From UHGV virus genome UHGV-1465456: a stretch of DNA of 35,465 nucleotides. One strand, 5' to 3'. Each line of letters begins with the position of its first letter. The stretch's first letter is position 1. This document shows positions 1-9,383 of this stretch, one piece after another. Below the pieces are notes generated by a model that saw nothing but the letters and a program-made list of their open reading frames with translations, did no database searches and was not told the origin of the DNA. The DNA is from a virus. The position numbers and the translations under genes were made by a program.

Positions 1-46
1 TGAATAGCGATGACCTCATCTACCGAAAGGAATGTAATCTCAGTCA

Positions 47-460
47 TTACTTATCTTCCAGTTTTTTTATGATGTCCGCATGCTTGGTCTGAGTATGTTG
101 CAGAGCTTTGATAAATGACTCAGACACGCCCTGCAAAGCAACTGCTGCATTAGTGGCCTTCATCATAGTCTGGCGAGCCTCATCAGACTGAAGAAGGGCA
201 TCCAATTGCTTAGTAAGCTTCATGACACCCTCCGTTATCTGTGGTGACAAATTCGATGCAATTAATTGCGCAAGATGCGTGTCTATTGTTTTCGCAGATG
301 TTTTTACCTCATCTGCGGAAGCGATTTCATCAACTGATTTTGCACTGATGACAAGGTCGGGCTTTCCGCGCTGCGTAACTGTGACGCTTTCACCAGAGCG
401 TAAACAGTCCAGCGTTGCAGATAAATCCGATCGCATTTGCGTGTAAGTAATGATTTTCAT
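47..460 (-). CDS. Phd/YefM-like antitoxin-domain protein with long helical C-terminal extension (ORF 47..478; likely start MKIITYT at 460)
   Basis: N-terminus MKIITYTQMRSDLSATLDCLRSGESVTVTQRGKPDLVISA resembles Phd/YefM antitoxin fold from memory; RBS-like AGAGGG upstream; lower GC than flanking tail genes. Confidence 0.5.
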   Translation of the reverse strand: MKIITYTQMRSDLSATLDCLRSGESVTVTQRGKPDLVISAKSVDEIASADEVKTSAKTIDTHLAQLIASNLSPQITEGVMKLTKQLDALLQSDEARQTMMKATNAAVALQGVSESFIKALQHTQTKHADIIKKLEDK

Positions 461-470
461 GGCACCCTCT

Positions 471-484
471 CTGTACATGTACAG
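471..484. promoter_or_regulatory. 14-bp perfect palindrome CTGTACATGTACAG just upstream of the Phd-like gene; candidate autoregulatory operator
   Basis: Palindrome read directly in sequence, 11-24 nt upstream of the start codon at 460 on the minus strand. Confidence 0.35.
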
Positions 485-542
485 ATTAGTGCATAATAAA
501 AACGCGAGATCAACGATTATTGATGTTTAAGGATGCGGATCA

Positions 543-893
543 TCATTTCACCTTCACGCAGTCGTATGTTGCATACTGACGCGGCGCATCCATGCTGGCT
601 TGCAACCACTGTGCGTTGAGAATGGCTTTGCCGTTGCGCTTGATGTACTCAAGCCCAACCCAGCGGCCGGGTTGGTCGGTTGCAACCATCCATTCTGCTT
701 TCATGTTTTGGTAGTCATCTTTAGACTTGAGAAAAGACATTTTTTGCGTTTCAGGTTTTACCCCGTTAATAAGCATTAGTCCTTCTTTGCCCGCAGTGAG
801 GCGATACGGCCCGCACTGAGTATCAGCTAAGGCCTCTGACGTGCCGACAACTGATAAAAGAACACCACAAATTAGAAGTTTGGCCTTACCCAT
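543..893 (-). CDS. small secreted protein with Sec-type signal peptide, unknown function (ORF 543..953; likely start MGKAKLL at 893)
   Basis: N-terminal MGKAKLLICGVLLSVVGTSEALA hydrophobic core with AxA cleavage motif; two Cys in mature part; start abuts stop of upstream tail gene. Confidence 0.5.
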   Translation of the reverse strand: MGKAKLLICGVLLSVVGTSEALADTQCGPYRLTAGKEGLMLINGVKPETQKMSFLKSKDDYQNMKAEWMVATDQPGRWVGLEYIKRNGKAILNAQWLQASMDAPRQYATYDCVKVK

Positions 894-894
894 C

Positions 895-1959
895 TTATAC
901 CTGCCATTTTTTAAGCGTGTCCTGACTAACCATTTCACGAGCACCACGCGCAAAACACATCAAATCCATGTACCACGCCTGACCTCTGGTGTCGCCAGTA
1001 TAGTCGATAGCTTTGACGATATAAACGCCATCCGTCGCAATGCTGGCAGCCTGTGACGTCGTGCCGGTCAGCACACGGTTGCCGTTCTCTTCTGTTTCGG
1101 TGATACGCCCGGGCGACTGTGCGATTTCGCTATTGCCGAGCGCGGCGCGGTACACCGAAGCCTGATCGAGCTGGATAAGACCATTAATGCGGATGTTCGG
1201 GTTTATCAGGCACCGCACGTTTACGCCGCCGCCCATCGTCTGTTGCGGCATACCGATCAGGCCAGTATCGGCATTCAACACAATGGCTTCGTGAATATAT
1301 TTATCTTCAGGCACCATCTGGACCTGACCATCCACCAGTTGCCATGTCGCTTTGCACTGCGCAGCAATATTATCCATCACGTTACGGGTGGATGAATAAA
1401 TCGCACGGCCACGAGGAAACACGGTATCAGGAAAGTCACCGGTAATGCCCTGCGTCACGCCGAACGCGTTGAAATCCTGCATAGTCGCCCGGTGCAGGTC
1501 CGAAACGGTATAACCAGCGGCAAGCGTGGTGATGGTAGTCGCGTAGAGGAACGCTTCGTGGTTACTGATGGCCTGAATCAGCACCCAGGAATCGGTGATG
1601 TTGTCCTTCCCGGTGACGGTGAAGCGAATATCACCGTCAAATATCAGGCCGTAGTTCTGACCGTTCACCTGCCCTACCTGGTCTGGTGAAATCTCCCGGG
1701 CGACACCAACCTGGCTCGCATCAACATCCGGCGCTATACCGTCATATCCGGCAATGATGCGAATTTTTGCAAACTCCTGCCCCAGTATCTTGTTCGTGGT
1801 ATCGGTCGAAAGGTTGTAAATTTTCACGTTCGCCACTCGCGGCCAGCGTGTATCTGCCCACTCGATCTGGAACGTGACCTTAAAATCAGACAGGGAAACG
1901 CCCTGCCCGTTCTGGTCCAACAGTTGCAGCTCAAAATGGCGCATCCAGTTAAGAGACAT
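895..1959 (-). CDS. phage tail/baseplate protein (354 aa), possibly hub-like
   Basis: Long ORF in minus-strand tail operon downstream of tape measure; function inferred from position only. Confidence 0.45.
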   Translation of the reverse strand: MSLNWMRHFELQLLDQNGQGVSLSDFKVTFQIEWADTRWPRVANVKIYNLSTDTTNKILGQEFAKIRIIAGYDGIAPDVDASQVGVAREISPDQVGQVNGQNYGLIFDGDIRFTVTGKDNITDSWVLIQAISNHEAFLYATTITTLAAGYTVSDLHRATMQDFNAFGVTQGITGDFPDTVFPRGRAIYSSTRNVMDNIAAQCKATWQLVDGQVQMVPEDKYIHEAIVLNADTGLIGMPQQTMGGGVNVRCLINPNIRINGLIQLDQASVYRAALGNSEIAQSPGRITETEENGNRVLTGTTSQAASIATDGVYIVKAIDYTGDTRGQAWYMDLMCFARGAREMVSQDTLKKWQV

Positions 1960-1961
1960 TT

Positions 1962-2267
1962 CTACTCCTGCACGAAAATGAGGTGGCTGTATGTGCCGAG
2001 GTTGGTTTTGGTGGGCTCGTCCGGTGCGCCTACATCGCAGCCAACGAGCAGCGCCCCGTTAATACCTAGTTGAGGATATTGCTCAAGAAGATTTACACCG
2101 GTTACCAGCGGCACGCCAGAAAGAAGCGGTTCGCCACTGCTATCTTGTACATCCAGAATCCAGCCAGCAGAATCACGCCAAATGACTCTCAGCGTGTATG
2201 TTGTCTCTGCTAACTGAATGCGAAATAGCTGGTTATCCGGCGATAAAGGGATTTCAGTTACATTCAT
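1962..2267 (-). CDS. phage tail protein (101 aa), unknown role
   Basis: ORF tightly packed in tail operon, start overlaps upstream stop. Confidence 0.45.
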   Translation of the reverse strand: MNVTEIPLSPDNQLFRIQLAETTYTLRVIWRDSAGWILDVQDSSGEPLLSGVPLVTGVNLLEQYPQLGINGALLVGCDVGAPDEPTKTNLGTYSHLIFVQE

Positions 2268-2890
2268 TGGATACCTATAGAGTTACCAAGTCTGGTTCCT
2301 TTTAGTCCATCAAACCACCCTGTTGACTTAATTACCGATTCATTTACTGGGGTGGTGGATTTCATCCCGGAATTCTGCACCGCCGATGTGCTGACGCCAT
2401 CCTGCATATCTGATTTATCTGCAACGCTAACGCTCTGCGTCTGCGACATGATCACTTCACGCAGGGTAAGCGTGCAGTTCAGCACGTTCTCGCTGGTTTT
2501 ATCCGTTGTCACCTCGATGGCTCGCACCAGCATATTGCTGTAAACCCGCTTTCCGGTCACTACATCGAACGGCACCCGAGAGGACTGGAGATCCAGTAGT
2601 TGCTGATAGGTCTCTTTCGGGCTAAGTCCGGCGCTGAGGCCGATTGACGATGTATCAATGAAGTCCAGCAACGAACCGCCACCAGCGAAGCCGCATTCCA
2701 TTGTGACTTCGCTGGGGCGCTTATACGCATGATCGGCGATGAAGCCCGAAGCGCTATTCGTTGTTGGCTTCTCCACCGGGTGCTCAGTAATTTCGAGCGC
2801 ATCAGAATGCTTTTCGGAGACGACCACGCTGGGGATCAGCAGGCCAATTCGCCGGGATTGCTGGCGAAAAATAGCGGAGAGAATATCCAT
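2264..2890 (-). CDS. phage tail protein (208 aa) downstream of tape measure
   Basis: ORF in tail operon, ATGA-type overlap with tape measure end. Confidence 0.5.
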   Translation of the reverse strand: MDILSAIFRQQSRRIGLLIPSVVVSEKHSDALEITEHPVEKPTTNSASGFIADHAYKRPSEVTMECGFAGGGSLLDFIDTSSIGLSAGLSPKETYQQLLDLQSSRVPFDVVTGKRVYSNMLVRAIEVTTDKTSENVLNCTLTLREVIMSQTQSVSVADKSDMQDGVSTSAVQNSGMKSTTPVNESVIKSTGWFDGLKGTRLGNSIGIQ

Positions 2891-4893
2891 TAGCTCGGCA
2901 CCGTTCGAAGTTGTTGAGTTAGTTGTGAATTAACGTTCTTCTGCCGCTCAACTGTGATATTGGCAGCCTCACGTGGATCAGATACACCGTGAATATTAAT
3001 AACCGTTTCTTGCTGTATGTTTTGTGAAGCACCGCCACCAGCGGCCATACGAACCAATTCACTTGGGTAAGGGTTTCTCCCGTTCTCATGATGGATAATT
3101 CCATTCATCAGAGAGGACATTACCTGCGGATCTTTAAGGTTGAGAATGGCATCAGGAGCCACACCCATCATTTTCGATAACTGAGCAATGTAAGCACCGG
3201 TATTATTTTCATTCCCCGGTGCCCACGTAGAGATTATATCGTTAAGGGTTTGCAGCGGCTTGCCTGTCGTCTTACCTTCAAAGTAGCGCATTAATTGTCG
3301 GGAAAGCGCTTTCAGGCCATCATAGGCAGTTTCAAACCGGGCGAACCTGCCGCCAGGCCTTTCGAGCGTCGCCCCAGATTGCCCACGAAAGTCGATATTA
3401 CCGGGGTTATTATTTCTAATACCTCGTGGAGCTTTAGCAGACTGGGCATGTTGGTCAGGCTCATCATCACCGAACCAGCCGCGCACCGTTCGGCCCACGC
3501 TGCGAGGATCGAATCCCCAGTGCTCTTTAATCCAGTCGGCGGTACCGTTGGCGCTATCTGTTACCATCGGCATCGCTGACGGATTTTCGCTGCCCTGATT
3601 TAGCAGCTGTTTGCCTATACTAGCGGCCTGCGCCCAGTTGCCATCTTTTATGGCATTCAGCAAATCAGCGATCATGTTCAGCATCTTGCCGAACTCACCC
3701 ATTTGCGAAATGAAGTTGCTAAAATCCCACTTTAGGGACCATGACTTGGGGTCAATACCGAGCAACTTAGCCAGCGCTTTTGTCAGGTCCGTAACAGTCT
3801 TTTTCAGGTCACCAATCATTTTGACGGCCTGATCAATTTCAGTCTTCCATTTCCCCCAGTCAATCAGGCTTTTGCCACCTTCTTTCCACGTCTGGTAATC
3901 ATCCAAGAGCAGACCAAGTGCAATAATAAGCGTCGTTATCATGCCCAAGGGTGATGACATGAAAGCGGTATTTAGCAGCCGCCATGCAACCAACAGCCCA
4001 CTGAACAATGCGATAAGCTGCTGCGTGGCTGGGTTCAGCTTTTTGAACCAGGCGATCACACCCTCAACAGCTTGCCCAGTTCGCCATAACACGCGGGTAA
4101 TCGCGTCACCTGCCCAGAGAATTCCTTTGATGATCTTCGTGATGACCGCTTCAATCTTCGGCCAGTTGTCGAGTATCTGCCTGCGGAAGTTATCAATACT
4201 GCCAGCAAGGCCACCAGCTAGGTTAGAGCCAATCTTGTCTTTCGCCTGTCCAAGCGTCATCGTCAGATTACGCATGGAGGTCATGAAAATATTGGACTGT
4301 TTAGCCGCTGACTCAGCATTAAAACCAATACGCTTTGCCGTCAACGCGTACTCAGAACTGAGCTGCCCCATCCCTCTGCGCATCGCCATCAGCGTGTTTT
4401 CATCGATGCCAAGCATCTGCGCGTATTGTTTCGCGCGGTAATACGGCATGTTGTTGAGCTTTTGCCCAACGCCAGTAAAGATGGCCGCAGTATCACGCAT
4501 CTTTCCGCTGGCATCGCGGGTCTGTACGCCCAGACGGTTCAGGAACCCTTCCGCCCCCGGATTGCTACGCATGAAACCAGCCAACCCTTCAAGAGAGGAC
4601 ATGGCCGACTCGGCGCTGGCACCGGTTTGCGATGCGGCATAGCCCAGCGCTTTGATGCCCTGGACGCTGGCCCCCGTCCGCTGGGATGCCCAGTAAATTT
4701 TATCCAGACCATTCGCGATCTGGGTGGTAAATCCGACAATGCTAAGCGCTGAGCCTTTCACCACCGCGCCGACCTTCAGAACGTTCGCGGTAACGCCTTT
4801 CAGCACGGCTTCAAACTTATTAGCGCCAGCCTGATCGATATCGAATCCCAGCGAAACAAGGAAGTCTTTAATCGTATCTGCGTTACCGCTCAT
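2890..4893 (-). CDS. tail tape measure protein (667 aa) with conserved C-terminal domain (RNNNPGNI motif)
   Basis: Size, position after tail chaperone, Gly/Ala-rich helical N-terminal half, hydrophobic central segments; C-terminal domain identity not resolved. Confidence 0.7.
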   Translation of the reverse strand: MSGNADTIKDFLVSLGFDIDQAGANKFEAVLKGVTANVLKVGAVVKGSALSIVGFTTQIANGLDKIYWASQRTGASVQGIKALGYAASQTGASAESAMSSLEGLAGFMRSNPGAEGFLNRLGVQTRDASGKMRDTAAIFTGVGQKLNNMPYYRAKQYAQMLGIDENTLMAMRRGMGQLSSEYALTAKRIGFNAESAAKQSNIFMTSMRNLTMTLGQAKDKIGSNLAGGLAGSIDNFRRQILDNWPKIEAVITKIIKGILWAGDAITRVLWRTGQAVEGVIAWFKKLNPATQQLIALFSGLLVAWRLLNTAFMSSPLGMITTLIIALGLLLDDYQTWKEGGKSLIDWGKWKTEIDQAVKMIGDLKKTVTDLTKALAKLLGIDPKSWSLKWDFSNFISQMGEFGKMLNMIADLLNAIKDGNWAQAASIGKQLLNQGSENPSAMPMVTDSANGTADWIKEHWGFDPRSVGRTVRGWFGDDEPDQHAQSAKAPRGIRNNNPGNIDFRGQSGATLERPGGRFARFETAYDGLKALSRQLMRYFEGKTTGKPLQTLNDIISTWAPGNENNTGAYIAQLSKMMGVAPDAILNLKDPQVMSSLMNGIIHHENGRNPYPSELVRMAAGGGASQNIQQETVINIHGVSDPREAANITVERQKNVNSQLTQQLRTVPS

Positions 4894-5122
4894 TGGCCGC
4901 TCTCCATTTATCTACCCGGGCGTCGTTATCCTCGCGCATGTCGAGGTAGTCATTGAGAAGCGCGATACGGCAGAGGTCTACCGCACCGCTGTTAAGGTCT
5001 TTCTGGTCAATATGGAAGGCAAGCGCCGGACGAAGAATAAAGTCTTCACCGCCCGGCAGGCTGTTGAAGGTTATTCCGCTGGCGGGGTGGGCGTCTCGCT
5101 GGTAGGGAGTCCTTGCAAAAAA
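4883..5122 (-). CDS. predicted -1 frameshift extension of tail assembly chaperone (lambda G/GT-like); slippery T_TTT_TTG at 5116..5122
   Basis: Heptamer T TTT TTG in the chaperone zero frame; -1 frame stays open about 80 codons to TAA at 4883-4885, overlapping tape measure start. Confidence 0.45.
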   Translation of the reverse strand, partial: FFARTPYQRDAHPASGITFNSLPGGEDFILRPALAFHIDQKDLNSGAVDLCRIALLNDYLDMREDNDARVDKWRAANER

Positions 5123-5496
5123 TTTCCCAGCGAGTCGGCGACCACCCGCGCCACCAGTTGCAGCATGGTAAGCAGGTCGATATCGTCAAACGCCATTTCG
5201 CCATGCTGGCAGACCGGCACCCAGCCTTTCATGTGCTCGCGTGAAACAACGGAAAGGCAGGGGAACAGGATAGCGTCAACGTCGCCATCGCTCAGATCGG
5301 ACACAGCATTGGCAATCTTTGGCAGGATGGTAGCCATCGCGCCTTCGGTGTCTTTGCTGCTGATCTTCTCCTGAACGCTCCGGAAGTCAGAAACCATCCC
5401 GGCCAGAACCGGCAACAGCTTGCGGGACACCTTCAGCTGTTCGAAAACGCTGAGCTTTGCGGTGCGATATTTCACGCCTTTAATTTCGAATTCCAT
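5071..5496 (-). CDS. tail assembly chaperone (141 aa)
   Basis: Position between tail tube and tape measure; acidic small protein; associated frameshift signal. Confidence 0.55.
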   Translation of the reverse strand: MEFEIKGVKYRTAKLSVFEQLKVSRKLLPVLAGMVSDFRSVQEKISSKDTEGAMATILPKIANAVSDLSDGDVDAILFPCLSVVSREHMKGWVPVCQHGEMAFDDIDLLTMLQLVARVVADSLGNFLQGLPTSETPTPPAE

Positions 5497-5499
5497 GCG

Positions 5500-5940
5500 T
5501 TAAAACTCCCCGAGAAGCTGGTCAATCTTGCCGCAGTCGAATACCCAGGCGACGGTTCCGCCCTCTTTAGCGTTATTGAAATCAGGCTGTTTCTGGAATG
5601 CACACGAACGCGCAGTAGAAATATCACCCGATGCCGTGTTGCGAATGACGATCACGTTATTGCCCCAGGTGGCAGAGGACTGGCTTTGCGCGTTATACGC
5701 CAGAGACAGCTTTTTATTCACCGGGGAGGTTTTGAGTAGCGTCACCGTAATGGTGCCTGACTTATCGGCGTGCAGGCTGTGCATCACCTCGCCGTCGGCA
5801 CCGATGGTCATGGTGTTTTTGTTGCCGCCCATGGTCTGGGTGATACCTTCCTCAGAGTTCGCAGAACCCTGACCAAGATCGATAACGCCGGTCGGCCCGG
5901 TGAGCGACGCGGTTACATCGAGAAAAGAATAAGTTGCCAT
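5500..5940 (-). CDS. tail tube protein (146 aa), putative
   Basis: Position immediately downstream of sheath-like gene. Confidence 0.5.
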   Translation of the reverse strand: MATYSFLDVTASLTGPTGVIDLGQGSANSEEGITQTMGGNKNTMTIGADGEVMHSLHADKSGTITVTLLKTSPVNKKLSLAYNAQSQSSATWGNNVIVIRNTASGDISTARSCAFQKQPDFNNAKEGGTVAWVFDCGKIDQLLGEF

Positions 5941-5950
5941 TTATCGCTCC

Positions 5951-7111
5951 TTAGCGAACCACGTTGATCTGCACATCGGCGTAATGAACTGCGCCAGCCA
6001 GCTTACAAGCCACCTGGATTAACGGCGCTTTGCGTGCTTCTCGGTCAGCCTGTGCTTGCTCGGAAAGAGGTTGCGCATACACGTAATAACCTTTTGTCAG
6101 CGTATCACCGGAATTCAGTTGCCCGATAGGGCCACCATTCCACACGCCAGCCGCTACCAGACCGTTCGTGACGGACTGATCCATGGACTGTTCAACGTTG
6201 GAAAGCAGACGGGTCACACCGGCATCAGTCTGCGGAATTTTGGTGGTGCTGGTGTAAAGCAGGTTATAGAGGTTGGTCTGAACGTAGTTCTGCAACCAGT
6301 CGAGCCCGTGGCGCTCGTCGAAGAAGTCACCGTTCGCCATGACACCCTGTTGCAGGATCGCCGTGTCGTTGGCGTAGTACACGAACACGTTCGCATTCTT
6401 CGCATCCACAGCCGCCGCCTGTCCTACCGTCAGCGTTTCGTAGGTTACGCTCGGTTCCTGTTTGAATTTCAGGGTAATGGTGGTATTGCTGCCGTTGAAA
6501 TTGACAGTAAACGCGCGACCGAAAGCTGAAACCGCCGCATAAGGGCTGCTGGTGGAATATTGAATAAAGGTACGGGAATACTTACCGGCCTTTAATTTAG
6601 ACGCAACATCGGTCGTCGAAGTCGTGCTGATGATCTCAGCGTCGGCTGACGTTACCCCGAAAATGCGGCTCAGGCTGGACGCTTCGATGAGTTTAGCAAC
6701 CTCAATCACGTCGTCAGCATCAAGCACATCATCGCCATCAGCAACATCATCAGCGACAACCAGCCCATACCAGTTGGTATACTGCAGGCAGGCATTAACA
6801 GCTTGCACGATGGTTTCCACGCTTCCACCTTCGGAAGAGGTCAGCGTCTTCGCCCAGCGGCCAACATAAACCTGCGTCGGCTTCGGCGACTGGCTGAAGA
6901 AAACCTGCGCCGCTTCATATTCCGGGCTGTCGACTCCGAAGTCCTCGCCAATGTCATCAACGGACGCATAAAGGCGAACGCGCTCCTGCACCGGAATGAC
7001 AGTGGAAGAACCGAGGATCAGCAGTGCGCCGAAGTTACGACCAGTAGCCGCTTTCGGCGAGATGATCACATCAACGTTTACAACGTTGGATACAGGTAAG
7101 CCCTGCGTCAT
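5951..7111 (-). CDS. tail sheath-like protein (386 aa, DUF3383-like), putative
   Basis: Size and position upstream of tube/chaperone/tape measure; family assignment from memory only. Confidence 0.5.
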   Translation of the reverse strand: MTQGLPVSNVVNVDVIISPKAATGRNFGALLILGSSTVIPVQERVRLYASVDDIGEDFGVDSPEYEAAQVFFSQSPKPTQVYVGRWAKTLTSSEGGSVETIVQAVNACLQYTNWYGLVVADDVADGDDVLDADDVIEVAKLIEASSLSRIFGVTSADAEIISTTSTTDVASKLKAGKYSRTFIQYSTSSPYAAVSAFGRAFTVNFNGSNTTITLKFKQEPSVTYETLTVGQAAAVDAKNANVFVYYANDTAILQQGVMANGDFFDERHGLDWLQNYVQTNLYNLLYTSTTKIPQTDAGVTRLLSNVEQSMDQSVTNGLVAAGVWNGGPIGQLNSGDTLTKGYYVYAQPLSEQAQADREARKAPLIQVACKLAGAVHYADVQINVVR

Positions 7112-7114
7112 AGT

Positions 7115-7720
7115 TTATTCTCCAAAAAAGGTGACTGGCGCTTCCACCAGCGATTTAATGCCGTACTCGCGCACGACCTTCCGGCGCAGGCGCACCGTCA
7201 TGTCGTAGCGGCGAACCCATTGCTGGTTGATAAGTTCGGGGAAAGGGGTCAGACCGGTATAGTCGCCCAGAGACAAACCAAGCGCGTTCAGCTCAGCATT
7301 GTTTTGCGGGACAGATATGCCATCGCGAAAACGGGACGCATAAGACATACCAGCCGGGCCATAGAACGACGCCATGCACTCGAACGTTTCATGCCGCCAG
7401 AGCTGAGCGCCCTCGTCGGTCTGATTGGTGAATGCAGGACTGTTATCAATGGGCCACCCGGTAACGCCGAACGCACACCAGTTCGTTTCAACTGACGGTA
7501 GTGATGGCTGTTCTTTCTGCCAGCGCGGGCGAACCATCCCCGCAGGCAAGCCGGAAACATTGCGCATCCATCGGCTTAGCAGCCTGTCGAGCGCTTCGTC
7601 ATAATCAGGATCGCCGCTGGTGGGTGTCAGCCAGCCGCGCTCTGTGCTGGTGTTATTGCTCAACGGGAGTTCCCCCATCAAACGGCAGTAATTCGCAATG
7701 TGCCTGGACAAAGCCAGCAC
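7115..7720 (-). CDS. phage structural protein (201 aa), head-tail joining or tail completion; true start may be internal (about 7678)
   Basis: ORF in structural operon; first Met overlaps upstream gene by 68 nt. Confidence 0.45.
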   Translation of the reverse strand: MLALSRHIANYCRLMGELPLSNNTSTERGWLTPTSGDPDYDEALDRLLSRWMRNVSGLPAGMVRPRWQKEQPSLPSVETNWCAFGVTGWPIDNSPAFTNQTDEGAQLWRHETFECMASFYGPAGMSYASRFRDGISVPQNNAELNALGLSLGDYTGLTPFPELINQQWVRRYDMTVRLRRKVVREYGIKSLVEAPVTFFGE

Positions 7721-8042
7721 CGTAAGCCGTGTACGGGTCGACGAATGTCACACGATAATCACGGTTCTGGTACGTCACGATATCGGCATCACGGCCAGTC
7801 TGCCCCTGCGTCAGCCGCTCAGTTGTCACGATGAGAATCGCGCCACTGATAACCTGGCCGGACTGCATACGTCGGTTTTCGAGAGAGCGGTCAACGGTAA
7901 CAACTCCGGCAAACTGCGTTTTAACTTCGCTGTCGCTGCCGATCCCGTCCTCGTCCACCGTTTGCGCGCGACGCGTTACCCACAGGTTGAAGTCGCAAAA
8001 ATCGGGGTCAAAAAGTACGTCCGTCACATCAAGATTCGGCAT
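7653..8042 (-). CDS. phage structural protein (129 aa), unknown
   Basis: ORF in structural operon. Confidence 0.45.
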   Translation of the reverse strand: MPNLDVTDVLFDPDFCDFNLWVTRRAQTVDEDGIGSDSEVKTQFAGVVTVDRSLENRRMQSGQVISGAILIVTTERLTQGQTGRDADIVTYQNRDYRVTFVDPYTAYGAGFVQAHCELLPFDGGTPVEQ

Positions 8043-8583
8043 CTTTATCCCTCACAACATGGGTAATGGCTCTGCGATATTGCCCGGTGTCAATTAGCGG
8101 TTTCACCAGGTCGGTTCCGGGAGACTCGCCAGCAGCGCGCCGCGCAAGTTCCGCTTTTGCCCCTTTGCGGCCACGGCGTGCACGGGCTTCAACGGTGCTA
8201 TCAGCAAGCGGTGTAAAGCCGGTAATGGTCATGTAACTCCTGACGCCATTCGCGGCCAGCGTTCCGGCGCGGTTAAGCGCTCTTTCTGCACCCGCCGCAT
8301 TTCCATCAAGCGCAGCCTGCGCCGCTGCTTTGAGCTGCGGCACCGTCTGTTCCTCTACGGATTTAACGCCGGGGATCAGGTGCGGGCGTGGGGGTATGTT
8401 TTGCGCTGGTGAGCCGTATTCGTTGACGTAACCGATCCCCTCATTACCAAACGGAACATCTTCACGCTCGCTGTCTTCCGAAGGGATGCCGACCAGCACA
8501 TCCTTTTTGGTTAGCGACCGGAGCGCATCCAGAATGGCCTGAGCGTTATCAACCCTCGTTGTTACACCACTTTTGAAACTCAT
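8029..8583 (-). CDS. phage structural protein (184 aa), unknown
   Basis: ORF in structural operon. Confidence 0.45.
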   Translation of the reverse strand: MSFKSGVTTRVDNAQAILDALRSLTKKDVLVGIPSEDSEREDVPFGNEGIGYVNEYGSPAQNIPPRPHLIPGVKSVEEQTVPQLKAAAQAALDGNAAGAERALNRAGTLAANGVRSYMTITGFTPLADSTVEARARRGRKGAKAELARRAAGESPGTDLVKPLIDTGQYRRAITHVVRDKDAES

Positions 8584-8987
8584 AGCTGGCGACCGCCCGC
8601 ACCGAACATCGTGATCAGCTGATAAAATTCAGCGCCATATCGGGTGTTATTCCAGAAGCCTGCGTCAGGGTTTAGCGTCGCGCTGGTGTCATAGCTGACG
8701 CTTACCTTGTCAACGGACTTGGAGGACTGAACACCATTGGTTGAACCGCCCGGACCGCCAACCAGCATTGCCCGGCTATCTGCCGCCCAGAGCGTCATGT
8801 AGTGAGCCACGAACAACTCGACAAAGTACGGAAACAACTCTTTGCCGGTGACGTTTTCGCTCAGCAGCACATCAGCCAGATTCAGACGAAACTGGATTTG
8901 TGCTTCGGGATATTTGGCAGGGTCAGCAAACTGTGGAAAGTCGCGCCGAAAATCACTTACTGTTGGCAGGCTTTGATTCTTTGGCAT
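8580..8987 (-). CDS. phage head-tail connector-like protein (DUF4054-like), start probably internal Met of ORF 8580..9086
   Basis: ORF in structural operon; longest start would overlap upstream gene by more than 100 nt. Confidence 0.4.
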   Translation of the reverse strand: MPKNQSLPTVSDFRRDFPQFADPAKYPEAQIQFRLNLADVLLSENVTGKELFPYFVELFVAHYMTLWAADSRAMLVGGPGGSTNGVQSSKSVDKVSVSYDTSATLNPDAGFWNNTRYGAEFYQLITMFGAGGRQL

Positions 8988-9342
8988 CTTTCGCCCCATT
9001 ACCGCCAGTCTGGGCGGCAGCAATCTGCGCTTGCAGGCTGTCGTTCTGCTCTTGCAGCTTGAGCAGCGCTTCTCGCAGATCGGCAATCAACTGATCTTTA
9101 TCGATAATCTGCTTATCTTTGTCGGCAATCTGAGCTTGCAGGCTGTCGATAATGGGTTGCAGATCATCGGTGTCGCTAATCACGCTTTCGGAAAGCTCGG
9201 AGTGCGCCTGGGTGAACCAGTGCGACGCGACCTCTTCCGGTACGTTATGCCGTCCCCGGCCAAACTCCCTTTTTGACTGATCGCCGAGCGTCAGCGTAAA
9301 CGGGGTGTGAACATGGATGGTAGCCAGCTTTTCTTTCGCCAT
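8953..9342 (-). CDS. phage head-associated protein with coiled-coil C-terminus (129 aa)
   Basis: ORF immediately downstream of capsid gene; heptad-like [21 protein letters not shown] segment. Confidence 0.45.
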   Translation of the reverse strand: MAKEKLATIHVHTPFTLTLGDQSKREFGRGRHNVPEEVASHWFTQAHSELSESVISDTDDLQPIIDSLQAQIADKDKQIIDKDQLIADLREALLKLQEQNDSLQAQIAAAQTGGNGAKDAKESKPANSK

Positions 9343-9383
9343 TTTCAGTTCCCTTCTGGCCCCTTTCGGGGCCGTTCTGGTTA

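Noticed and set aside
3295-4752. Several plus-strand ORFs (94-166 aa) antisense to the tape measure gene
   Set aside because: All embedded in the tape measure coding region; compositions are Pro/Arg/Ser-rich and not protein-like.
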